NCBI GenBank assembly: GCA_977862235.1
Contig: OZ374559.1
Coordinates: forward strand, 620,001-684,000
Length of the DNA stretch: 64,000 nt
Origin: Dudresnaya verticillata
Taxonomy: Eukaryota
Reading direction: 5' to 3'
A program made the translations under genes and the position numbers. The notes under the pieces are model-generated. The model was not told where the DNA came from. It did no database searches and was given only the letters and a program-made list of their open reading frames with translations. Shown here piece by piece: positions 1 to 10,740 of the stretch (position 1 is its first letter; each line of letters begins with the position of its first letter).

Positions 1-167
1 CGTTCCAGTTAGGGGACTTGGTGGCGGATGCGCCGGGATACAATCCAGGATCTCGGCTGCACTATCGATACCCTGAGCTCAGAGGCGCTCCTCGTCCGTG
101 AGTAGGAGCGCAGCGGCGCGTCATAAATCAGCCAATACGAGGTGTCCACTTGGCGTCGTTACAATGC

Positions 168-277
168 CACGTGTACGCCACGTGTATAGCTGTAAGGTCA
201 CGTGTACACCTCTAAGTCCACGTGTACACCTGTAAGTCCACGTGTACACACGTGTATTCCACGTGTCATCCACGTGT
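168..277. repeat. Tandem array of eight CACGTGT (G-box/E-box) motifs
   Basis: CACGTG starts at 168, 179, 199, 219, 239, 249, 260 and 271; 20-bp period in the middle (cacgtgtacacctNtaagtc), 10-11 bp at the ends. Confidence 0.9.
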
Positions 278-290
278 ACAGCGATGAAAG

Positions 291-377
291 GACAGCTGTC
301 CTGATTAAGGGACAGTCTGTCCCGCGAAAAGGAGTGCGCTCTTGTAAGCCCTCCTGCTGACAGCGTCCATGCTGCCA
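291..377 (+). repeat. 87-bp direct repeat, copy 1 (copy 2 at 3862-3948)
   Basis: gacagctgtcctgattaagggacagt...ctgacagcgtccatNctgcca occurs twice with 4 mismatches by eye; contains palindromes GACAGCTGTC and GGGACAG-T-CTGTCCC. Confidence 0.92.
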
Positions 378-1141
378 GACAGCCCCCCTCTGAAGACCGA
401 AGCGGCCCGCGAGGCTATGATTGGCGGTTTCCGAATAGTAAATCTCCTAGGTGAGCGGTTGAGCGCCCAACGGCGGTCTGTGTGTCACGCCCGGTGGAGG
501 ATCAGTCGGGCCAGCGGCCGCGTGGCCCCTTGTTACATGCGTGGCATCGCGGGCCATCACCTCAGTGTCCCAGCGCGCCCGTTGCGACGTCTCGGGCGTC
601 GTCGGCTCGGGAGCGTTGCGGCGCACTAGTTTGCATGAGCCAATTTTGGCGCGGCTGCGCGGCTATATAAACAGAGGGTTGCGACCCGATTACACCCTTT
701 TGGGTTTTGGTATCGACAGGCCGCATCAGCTCCACTCTCCTCAGCACGCCCCACTGCGTTGCGCCCGTCGGATTCCTTTTATCTCTCTCTTCCATCACCA
801 CCCAGCCACTGCTTTCTCAGCGCGCGCGCTCTCCTTCGGCGTCCACGGCCACGGCGCGTTCGCCAGTCACCGCCTCGCGCGGCTCCCGCGCGACGTGGGC
901 TTCGTGCTAGCACGCAGCTGCTGCACAACTTCGGCAGCGTCTTGCTCTTCGCGCTGCAGTGCGTTATTTCACTTTGGACCGCGGCCAGTCGTTGCGCTGA
1001 ACGATTCAGGTAGGAGACCCTCAAGGTGCAAGTTTCAGGCAGAAGGCCGTCAGGGAGAAGATTTGCAGGTGGAAGAACTGTAGCGTTCAAGGCTCTCCGG
1101 TTTGAGTCGCGGCGCTCCGCTTCGTATTTTCATCGGCCAGC

Positions 1142-2563
1142 ATGGCAAGCAATCCGAACATTGCCCACGGGCACGCCGGGTCGAGCACGGCGGTGCAGGG
1201 TTTCAACGTTGATGCGGCGGGTATGTCGCTGTCCATTACGCGGAGTCGCGACTGGTTAGTCCGGATCGATTTGTCCCACATCAAGGGAACGGCCGGGGCG
1301 CGTCGCGAGGACATTCGCCGCTTCGGCCGTCATCGAGCGCAAGCCCGTGCGTGGGAGCTCAATATGCGTGACCGGATCGACATACTTCGAGGCACCAACA
1401 TCGGGCTTCCGCCGCTGCCAACCAGCCAACATTGGGACTTGGCCTTGGTGCGCTTGCAACATGAGCACCGCTACGCGGAGCGCCACTCTCAGATGTACCT
1501 GGAATTCTGGGATGAACTCCGGTTGTTTCAATCAAAGGGGGGCTACAGCCTGGAGGTCGTCAGCTTCGAGAGGCCGCTCATTCGCCCCGGCCGGGATAAC
1601 TATCCCTATACCATGGCGCGAATGTGGGATGAGACATCCAATTTCAAGCATACACTGGATAACCCGCATATGGCGATGTCTCGCGACCTTCTCCGCTTTG
1701 AGCATCGTCACCGTCATCGGACGGGGTGTTTCGTCCCGGCGCACTGTCAGGAGGTGGTGGCCATCAAGCCCGAGTTCTACACGGGGAAGTACGTCCCGAT
1801 CCCAACGGACCACCGCGAATACGAAGTCTCCTACTCCCTGACCGTTGGCACTCCGCCAGTTGTGGCGTATCGGGGCCTCGGTATGATGAACGAAAGTTAT
1901 CATCAAGGGGTCCTGTGGATGATCTTCCGTAATGAGTGGGTGGTCATGGTCGCCCAGACCTTCATGTACGAGGCCCGGCGGGGCTATTTGTACTACATTA
2001 ACGCCCGCCTGCGTGGGTAGATCCGTGGACTTGGTGTCGCCCCGCTTACGGCTAATGCTGATGATGCCTCCGATCTGGAGGCGCTCCTCGTCTTTGTTGA
2101 GCGTGTCCGCTGGAGCCGGGTTAGTAAGCGGAACCGCTACTTGCCGGAAAACACCGGCTTCATTACGCCGGTGTTCGACCGAGGCGATTGGGTCGATTTC
2201 GACGCGGTGGAGTGGCACCCTCTCATACCGGAGTACTGGCTGCAGGCGCAGCCCGGTGATGGTGAGACGCTTCTCGTGGACGTGGGAGTCCGTATGACCG
2301 GTTACACCAAGGATTGGCAGAGCGCTCCGAGCGAAGGCCCAGCAACTCCGGCTGACGTGCCGCCAATGGATGTTACGGTGTCGGGGCAGCCACAAGGGCC
2401 GTACGCGCCAAGGATGCGAAACGCCGCGAGGGCCGATGCCGCTATCTGTGACTTGTTCAATCGGCGGGGGCTCGCTATTCGCTTGACAGTCCATTGGGCG
2501 GTGATCAACTTAACGCTTTTCAGTTTGGCTGACTGGGTCGAGGATGTCCTCTGTGACTATTAA
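1142..2563 (+). pseudogene. About 473-codon ORF of unknown function interrupted by one in-frame TAG (2018-2020); probably a transposon-borne accessory gene
   Basis: ORFs 1142-2020 and 2141-2563 share a frame, and 2021-2140 is open (IRGLGVAPLTANADD...NRYLP). Globular, aromatic-rich composition; TATATAAA at 664-671; lies between the 87-bp repeats. Confidence 0.6.
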
Positions 2564-3861
2564 GCCTATTGCGTGAGCTCCCCTGGGCCCATTGAGGCGT
2601 TGAAGGCGTCGTTGGCCGTGCTTCCGCCTATCGGGCAGCAGGTCGTCGTGGAGTCGGAGCAAGCTCAGGAAGCTCCATCGGGTGTCGTGGCGCCGGGGCC
2701 TTCGACAATGGCGAGCGCGCCTGTGGCGCAAATCGCCTTCGCGCCCTGTTGAAGAATTCTTCCTAATGCCGCCACCCGCGGCTCACGCGACTGCGGATGA
2801 CGGACGCACAGCGGCCCGTTCTTGCGGATCAATCGCTGCGCGAACGATTGAGCTTAGAGCCAATTTCTGTAATAAGCTCTGGCACCACGCGCACGCGCCA
2901 GCAATGCTACTAGGGAATTGCCTCTGTAAGGCGCCCGGCTTGACAGTACCCGGCGCCCTCGGCCAGCAAGGATGACCCGCAAGACAACCACGCGTACACG
3001 TGCACACGTGCGCCCCCTTTTGAGTGGTGCACACTGTCAAGCCACACTACCAATAGGCTGACAGTTGATATTTTAGTAGATAATTATAGTTTTGCGCACG
3101 CCGCGTAATGCAAAATGGCGCGCCCCCCTTCCACTACCTGAATCCGCCACCAAGGCGCACCCGCCTCCTACATAGTATAATAGGGCCCTGAGGTGCGCCC
3201 TCATACAGTAAGCGGCTACGCTTGGGCCCAACGAGACGTATCCTCCTACCCTATCGACTCCCTCTCTAGGATGGACTGCAGTACATCCGCTACCCTTCTT
3301 CACCGTACAGAATCCTGTTTTTCTCTTGTTTTTCCTTTTTTCTCTTGTTTTTTGGCTTCTTTCTAAGTAAACGCCCTTTTTCTGTCTTTTGGTGTTTTAC
3401 AGTCACATAAAGGGGCATTCCCCAGCTCTACCAACCAGCCCTCGCTACCCAGGGGCCCCCGAACAGCCCGGGGTGTATCCTCTGTCGCGTCTTTCTCAGG
3501 GGATTGCACCACAGTAGGCATGGCGTCTGAGTACACTTACTCGCCCGTTGTCGGCTTGATAGCTGCCCGTGGAAGTATACTGTTCCGGACGGACAGCTGA
3601 ACGAGCCGTAGCTTTCGGAAGTGCCGGTGAGGGCGGGGGACAGTTTTGCCCAGGCTTTCACCGTACAATCCGTACCTCTCTTGTTTTCCGTCTTGAACTT
3701 GACGCTTGTTGGGGAATCGTCCCGTGGTTGAAGTGGTTGAAACCAGAAAAGTGGAAAAGATTGTAGCAGCAATGGAAGGGAACCGACCTAGGAAACGATT
3801 CTAGGTCGGGAGACCACTGTAGCAGCATGGCACCGGGCAGAAACAGCAAAGAACAAGAAAA

Positions 3862-3948
3862 GACAGCTGTCCTGATTAAGGGACAGTGTGTCCCGGGAAA
3901 AGGAGTGCGCTCTTGTAAGCCCTTCTGCTGACAGCGTCCATACTGCCA
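3862..3948 (+). repeat. 87-bp direct repeat, copy 2
   Basis: Matches 291-377 at offset 3571. Confidence 0.92.
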
Positions 3949-4611
3949 CACGGAGTGCGTGCGCACGGCGCGCAGGACAGCAGGGCGTTCGATCGCCGCT
4001 TACACTAACTAGACAGTGCTGTACACTACAAAAAAAGAAACGTAGAAATTACATGGGAGTTTGGGTGTCACACGCGTACACGTGCACACGCGGGGGCCAC
4101 AGCGCACTTCCTTATAGTTCCGCGGGGCTTCGGGGCCACCGGCTGACAGCATGCGCACAGCGGTGCACACGTGGCGCAGCTGGTCTTACAGCTATGCCAC
4201 ACGTTTGCACCACAAAGAGAGATCTTAGTGGGTCGAGGCAAGTTGTTCCTTCCCACCTGTCCTCCCGCCCTTAGCACGTTTGCCTTCTCTAACAAGTTGT
4301 AGCGTCTTCTTTCCAGTCTAACACTCATTTGAGACCCGTCTACATATCTCTGAATGAAGCTCTGCCAATAAAGCTGTACAGTACAGCACCCGTTCCTGCG
4401 CATGCGCCCCTCAGATATCGCGCCGAAAGATCTGGCGCGTGCCAATCACATCAGAGAGTGGTCATGTTTAGTCATCCAAAGACATGGCCCCATCGAAACT
4501 GAGAATCCAAAAAATATCGCCGTGGTGCAGCAATAAGCGCGTCCGCAGTGTACTTATGCACTTATCGTCGCCTCAAGGCACGGCCTGCCCGCCCCAATTA
4601 CCGCTTCAACA

Positions 4612-5916
4612 ATGCCGCCAATCGTTCATCCCTACAACGTCGTCATATGCGGCACCGGCAGCGCCGCGCACGTTCTCGCCTCGGCGCTCGCCTCAAGCCC
4701 GACCTGGCATCCGACGCTCTTCTCGCTCTCCTCGCGCGGCAACGCCTTCCGCGATGAGCTGCGCCGCACCAACCTGCAGTGCGACGACGCCGCGCGCGCC
4801 TCGCGCGCGGTCGCCACGCCGCACTCGCTCGCCGTGGTCGACGCGGGCGACGCCGCGGCCGCCGCGGCCGCGGCCGCGCAAGCAGACGTCGTCGTGCTCG
4901 CGCTGCCCGCCTTCGCGCACGAGCAGTACCTGCGCGCCACGCTCCCGCACTGCGCGCGCCGCGTCGTCGTCCTGCTCATGCCGGCGTACGGCTGCGCGGA
5001 CATGCTCGTGCGCCACATCTGTCGCATCCCGCCCTCCGCGTCGCGCCAGGTGCACCTCGCGCTCACGGAGCAGTTGCCGTGGGTGTGTCGCACGCAGCGC
5101 TTCGGCGGCGCTGTGCGCGTCATGGCGCACAAGAGCAAGCTGAAGGGGTCGATGGTTCGCATCGCGGATGACGGGCGACTGTGCGCGCCGGAGATGAGCA
5201 AGGTCGAGCTCTGGAAGCGCTTTATGGCAGACATATTCACTGGAGACTTTCACATTTCACTGACTGCTTCGTCGCTTATGGCCATTTCGCTGTTTAATCC
5301 AAACGCAATGATGCACGCCACCTTGATGTTTGGCTTCTACCAACTTGCGAGCGGCAATGCATTGCTATCCGATGCTTTCGAACAGCCCCCAAGATTCTAC
5401 AGCGAGGTGTCGGACGCTGCAGCCGCGCACCTGGATGCCGTGAGTCTGGAGGCGTTGCTTGTCAAAGATGCAATGCTGGCAGCAGAGCCGAAATGGGCGA
5501 AGGGACTCTCCGGCGTGGCGACCTTTCACGACTGGATCCGGTCGGCTTACTCCACCACGATCGAGGACGCCAAGTCGTCTGCCTCGTGCTTGCAAACAAA
5601 CCAAGTGACGCGAACGCTACTGCACCCTATGCTTCTCGGCGACGACGGCAAGTACCGCCCCGACTACGCGCACCGATACATGACCGAGGACGTCCCGTTC
5701 GGCCTGCTACCGCTGAAAAGCCTCGCGGAGACGCTCCGCGTCGCGACGCCGGCGCTCGATCGTGTCATAGAATGGGCGCAGGACAAGCTCAAGCACGCCT
5801 GGCTTTCTGATGGGAAGCTGACGGACTGCGCGCAAGTACCTCCTGCGCGAACGTATCGGCGGTTCGGCATTGTATCTTTGCGGGATCTGCAGGCGGTATA
5901 CTCGGATGAGGTGTGA
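4612..5916 (+). CDS. NAD(P)-dependent opine dehydrogenase (octopine/nopaline/tauropine dehydrogenase family), 434 aa, intronless
   Basis: N-terminal Rossmann motif VVICGTGSAAH; ADVVVLALPAFAH; EQLPWVCR; NPNAMMHA (catalytic His); PPRFY; HRYMTEDVPFGLLPLKSLA...VATPALDRVIEWAQ (Arg/Asp signature of the Octopine_DH domain). Confidence 0.92.
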   Translation: MPPIVHPYNVVICGTGSAAHVLASALASSPTWHPTLFSLSSRGNAFRDELRRTNLQCDDAARASRAVATPHSLAVVDAGDAAAAAAAAAQADVVVLALPAFAHEQYLRATLPHCARRVVVLLMPAYGCADMLVRHICRIPPSASRQVHLALTEQLPWVCRTQRFGGAVRVMAHKSKLKGSMVRIADDGRLCAPEMSKVELWKRFMADIFTGDFHISLTASSLMAISLFNPNAMMHATLMFGFYQLASGNALLSDAFEQPPRFYSEVSDAAAAHLDAVSLEALLVKDAMLAAEPKWAKGLSGVATFHDWIRSAYSTTIEDAKSSASCLQTNQVTRTLLHPMLLGDDGKYRPDYAHRYMTEDVPFGLLPLKSLAETLRVATPALDRVIEWAQDKLKHAWLSDGKLTDCAQVPPARTYRRFGIVSLRDLQAVYSDEV

Positions 5917-8880
5917 AGGGGTTTTGTTTTGCGGTAGGGTGGAGTGCGGCCACTTTGTTTTTGTTTAGCTGAGTTTGTTTTGCACGACCGCAGTCCAGGC
6001 ATCAATGACCGGCTTGGGTCGGGCAGTGCGGTTGGAGATCAAAACGTCGCGCCGCGAGGTGCTCCTCTTCGACGTTCGCTGCCTTCGAAGCGAGTCTCTT
6101 TTCCGGGGGGACCCATTTCTCAAGACTCCTAATTTGCAAAGCGATTGGGCCGCGTTTCGCTAAAGCTATAGATTCCGCGTAACTTTGCTTTCGAGCAGGC
6201 AGGGACCCAACAACGCGAAGTGCGCGTTCTGATGCGAACAGATTTGGACGGACCTGTCACCCACGCTCAATTCACTTTGCTACAGCCTACGGCATCGCAG
6301 TGAACCACGAATCTCACCACACTCTCAGGCTCACGAGCACTGCGTGCCCTACAACTTTCTTGTCAAACAGGCCGGCCACCCAGCGGATGAAGGTCGACAG
6401 TCGGGTAGCGCAAAAGGGCATTGCTAGTCAGCCTGATGGCAAATGGCGGCGTATGTTCGATGTGAAGTTGTGAATAAACACATCCGTATCTCGAGAGGCT
6501 CGCAAGCTGCGGGGGAACGAAGCAGATTACTTTTGACGCAGTGCATGTCCAGTGCTGGACAAGTGCACGTCGACTGTGCTCCTCCTCGCGCCGTCTCTCA
6601 TGTTGTATTTCGGCGGCACAGGAAGCACTCCGCTTGCTGACTACTATTCCTGCGTCCCGCAGTGCTTCGCTGTACTGTTCGAATGGTACACGTTAGCTGG
6701 AGCATTCGCCCCGAGAGATCGTTCACCTACACAATAGTGGTGTCGCAGCCGAGTGCGTGCGGCTTGTCAGCTCACTGGGACGAGGCGCAGCAGATTAGGC
6801 GATACGGGCGGCTCGCGACTTTCACATCGCGCGCCTTTCTCAACGCTGCGTGCAGAGGGAGGGATTGGGGACTCCCAATGGCCAATGATTGTCAAATGAA
6901 GGTCTTCCGATCTCAAGGCTGCACCTCAGCTCGACCATCCGAGTGGATACATTGTTTGTTATTGGCCGACCGGCACCTCCTACGATACAAGCCCTCTCAG
7001 CCGAGAGGTACCGCACGAACCGATTGAAAGATTCTTAAGCGACGCCAGCCAGATTGACGAGATTGAAGTGCATAGTACGTGGTTAGAATTGCCACATGGC
7101 TCTTGTTCTGGCCCGATTGCGCCATATGCTCTCTTATGGCGAGGGTGACGGTGAGGGCTTGAATGGGATGGCATTCGAAGCTCGCCTTCTCACGTTCGAC
7201 ATACACGGCTAGGGTTGCGTGCAGACCGTATCTGTGCGTGCCGAAGGGTCCATTGAATATGCATCTTGTCTTGCGCTTGCCCTCTCAGTCTGATCCATTC
7301 CAAACATTAGGTGCCAATTCCTTCCCAGCTTCCAAGTTGTTCCTTAAGATTAATGCTGCTCCGAGAATACTCAAAGTCAATCCTAAGGTCAAGTCGTATT
7401 GGGCGAGCTACACAAAAGATCTACGATATTTTCCTGCATTTGCGTCTTCCAGAGCTTCATTGGCCGGTGACGGTGACGACTCCGTCGGACATCAAAGAAG
7501 GTGTAGCTCAGACAAGTCTGACATACACGGCGCCAAGACTTTCATGGAAAAGATATACTGGATATGTCAAGGAGAGGATTGCAACCGTTATCGAAGCTCC
7601 CTCTTTTTATTCGGGACGGGGATCGGCAAAAGGGAGCTCTGTGAAACGGGGTACAGGCTAGCTTTAAGAGCTAGAGACACTAGAGACTCAAACGGTGTCA
7701 AACCAGGTTGCGATTCTGGATAAATACTGTAGGTCTATGCAGGAGGAAGCAATCGACACTGCATGCGAAGAAACTCAGCTGTGCGGTCGCGCCGTTCCGT
7801 CTGCCATGATCCATGCAAAAGGTCTGAAAGAAGTCGCTCTTGAACCGCAACGAGTAGAGAAAATGTGACGGTCCGTGCTACAGTCCAGTCCTCATGTTGT
7901 TCCAACGAAGGGACAATGTGCCTTCGTGTTGTCCCTAGGGCATGCATGGAACAGGGACAACATTGAAGAAATTCAGTTGCATCTATCAGAACCTCTCCGA
8001 ATCTTGGGTCCAAGCGTGCAAGCCTTGCACTCCAAGCCACAGTTTCTGCCATTATCAACGTTTTTGTAAGCTGCACGCACTTTCGTGTGTTCTAAGCTAT
8101 GTTAAAGAGCAATCCCAACGAGGCATCCGATAATAAGGCCACAATCACATACATTGACTCTATCTGAACGCACCGCCATTAAGCTCCGTATTGAACCGTC
8201 ATTAAGCCCCGTTTTGAAAGGCCCTGTTACGAACCGACAGAATGTGCGTGAGGTAGATCTGCTTCTAGAGACCGCCACCAAACACCAATCGTTATGGTAC
8301 AGTAGTGTTCGTTGTTGTAAGGTGGTTGCGAGATTAATAGTTCTGCAACTTCGTCACGGACTACGGAATTTCTGAAGGCGGCCAGAGGCTTTCATTACGC
8401 AGACTGTCCGAGACTCAAATCTCACCTCCAAATCCCTCATGCCGACTCTGTCAGACTAGACCTTGATATAACTCCCCGATATCTGCTGGCGCTGCGCTGC
8501 AGACCAATTGGTTTGCGGTGCTGCGACAGTCCCTGTAGATTCATCCAAACCCCCTTGCCGCAATAGATACTATCGGAAGATTCCTCGAAAACGCTTATTG
8601 GCACCCATGCGCATATGCTTGGGGTGCGTTGCTGGGTTGTGCTCCCGAAACTCTGGGTGGTTCTCACTAACAATAGCTATAACAGGGAGCATGTCCGTGA
8701 GCTGCCTCAATCTGTCTCGATGCTACCCAATGACGATATTTCGGCGTTCGTACAGTTGTTGCCCAAAATGAAAGTTTAAGAGCTCAACAGAACGCGAAAG
8801 AGAGACGCCGCTTCCTAACAAAAGCTTAAGATAAAGCCACCAACGGTGGCAGATCCGACTATGCCACTGTCGTAAGAATC

Positions 8881-10740
8881 ATGATTGCGAAATGCGCTTC
8901 TCCTGCCGCTCTACAATGTCTGCTCGAAGCACCCATGTACTACGCAGTTGAAGATGTGGACCGTACTATCGTCGAGTGGATCAACAAACGAAGGAAGGCA
9001 TTGGCTCGTCACTTTCGGGGGACAAAACCACAGCCGGTGATTGACAGCTATCATGGCGAGATGGGGTTTCCGCTCCATCCTGACGCAGCGAACGCTGTTG
9101 CGGAGACAATGCGTGACCTCGTAGACTGCAAGCATTCCCTGAGTGAAGAAAGCGGGACTCTGTATTCTAAGGAACAGCCGGTTATCCTGCAGAAGCTGTC
9201 TTCAGAGCTGCTCTTTGATCGCTTCTTTTCGTCGCCCCCCATGGATGGCTTCCCCGCGCGTGAAGTGAAGCCACATGAAGTACTGGTGATTCCGTACTCT
9301 GCTCTAGCCATGTTTGAGGCAGTCATGGGCGCTTTGGCAACAGAGTCACCAAACGGAATTATTCTTTGTCCCGCGGGCTTTTACAAAGAGTATCACCAAC
9401 ACATTCAGAAGTTCGGCCTCCAGCTAAAGCAGTTTCCCACAGACTTGTGGGACAACTGTAAAATAGATCCTGAAGTCTTAAGACGAGCAATTCGTGCCAT
9501 TCGAGAGAGAGGCGAAGAGGTTGCTGCGATCGGTCTGACGATTCCTGGCAACCCTTTGATAGCAGAGTACAATGGTGCTGAGATTTCCACGCTGGGGAAG
9601 GTGTTTGTAGAAGAGGATGTGCGCGTTGTTGTCGATGCTTCCTTTGACAAGATCGTTCCTCCGTACACACCGCTGGGCGCAGTAGTTGTTGAAGTCGATG
9701 GACAGGAACATGCGCTTTATGACCGCGTGATGACCATCACTGGCGTCTCCAAGTCGTTTATGGCGTTCGGACCCCTCAAGATTGGGGTTGCATGCTGTGG
9801 TGATGAAACATGGCGCGAAGCTGTGCGTTCTCAAGCGACTTTAACGTTCCAGCGAGAAACGACTGCGTTAGCCGCTGCTGCAATGCAGTCCACCCCTCCC
9901 GAGTATGTCGAATTTGCTCACATCGACTTTGCCAAGAAACTCGCGCTTGCGGTCGAGTTCATTGCGCGTGAGAATGCCGCCCGTCCTCGACCTGTGATTC
10001 AAGTTATCGGGGAAAACAAGTATGGGCCCTTTTTGACATTGAGTCTGCCATCGCCGATTTTATCGAAGGCGGGGATCCAACGGGGACACCAACTAACAGA
10101 AATGGTTATTGCTGAGAGTGGCGTGGATAACGTATCAGGTGATCGAGTAGGCTTCCGACACCCTTGTATCCGACTGAATGTGCACTGCCCTCGCATCACG
10201 GCGAAGAAGGATTCACGACTGACGCGGTCGATAATTGAGCGACTGTTCAATATGGCAGACCGCATCGAGTCTGGGGACTTAACATATCAGAGTACAATTG
10301 AGAAGCTCCCTGATAGTCTACGAAACATGATGACAGTCCGTCGATTCGCAGTAGTCGGTCGAGACGGCGGGTTGTGGAGCTCCGAGCAAGAGTGGCCAAG
10401 TTGTCCACCCTTCGAGCAGTGGCAGCTTGTGCGTATTCGGCGAGTGATTGAAAACATTCACCGGTCGGCGGATGGTGTTCTGCAAGTGTATGCGTCGTGC
10501 TGGAGTGATTTGGCAAAGGCCGTGCACGCAGTCCTGATGAGCAGTGGTGAAGCTTCTCTGTATCTTGAGAAATGGCTGAGCATTTGCAAAATGGGGTGCA
10601 TTATCATTCTCGAGAGCTTCTCCAGTCTGGACAAGCTGAGCCTGAAAGTGAAACAACAGGCGGATATTCGCGGCGTGCAGTTTGTTTCGTTCGAAGCGAT
10701 GGCGCGTCAGTTACGAGACGCGTCCACAATGCGGTCGTGA
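8881..10740 (+). CDS. PLP-dependent fold-type I (class I/II aminotransferase-like) enzyme with about 135-aa C-terminal extension, 619 aa, intronless
   Basis: ILCPAGFYKEY, LTIPGNPL, VVVDASF (PLP-binding Asp252), TITGVSKSF (Schiff-base Lys291), GPLKIG, and a late CIRLN arginine; long uninterrupted ORF. Confidence 0.85.
   Translation: MIAKCASPAALQCLLEAPMYYAVEDVDRTIVEWINKRRKALARHFRGTKPQPVIDSYHGEMGFPLHPDAANAVAETMRDLVDCKHSLSEESGTLYSKEQPVILQKLSSELLFDRFFSSPPMDGFPAREVKPHEVLVIPYSALAMFEAVMGALATESPNGIILCPAGFYKEYHQHIQKFGLQLKQFPTDLWDNCKIDPEVLRRAIRAIRERGEEVAAIGLTIPGNPLIAEYNGAEISTLGKVFVEEDVRVVVDASFDKIVPPYTPLGAVVVEVDGQEHALYDRVMTITGVSKSFMAFGPLKIGVACCGDETWREAVRSQATLTFQRETTALAAAAMQSTPPEYVEFAHIDFAKKLALAVEFIARENAARPRPVIQVIGENKYGPFLTLSLPSPILSKAGIQRGHQLTEMVIAESGVDNVSGDRVGFRHPCIRLNVHCPRITAKKDSRLTRSIIERLFNMADRIESGDLTYQSTIEKLPDSLRNMMTVRRFAVVGRDGGLWSSEQEWPSCPPFEQWQLVRIRRVIENIHRSADGVLQVYASCWSDLAKAVHAVLMSSGEASLYLEKWLSICKMGCIIILESFSSLDKLSLKVKQQADIRGVQFVSFEAMARQLRDASTMRS

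Noticed and set aside
1532..2494. 320-aa minus-strand ORF
   Set aside because: Antisense shadow of the more protein-like plus-strand frame 1142-2563.
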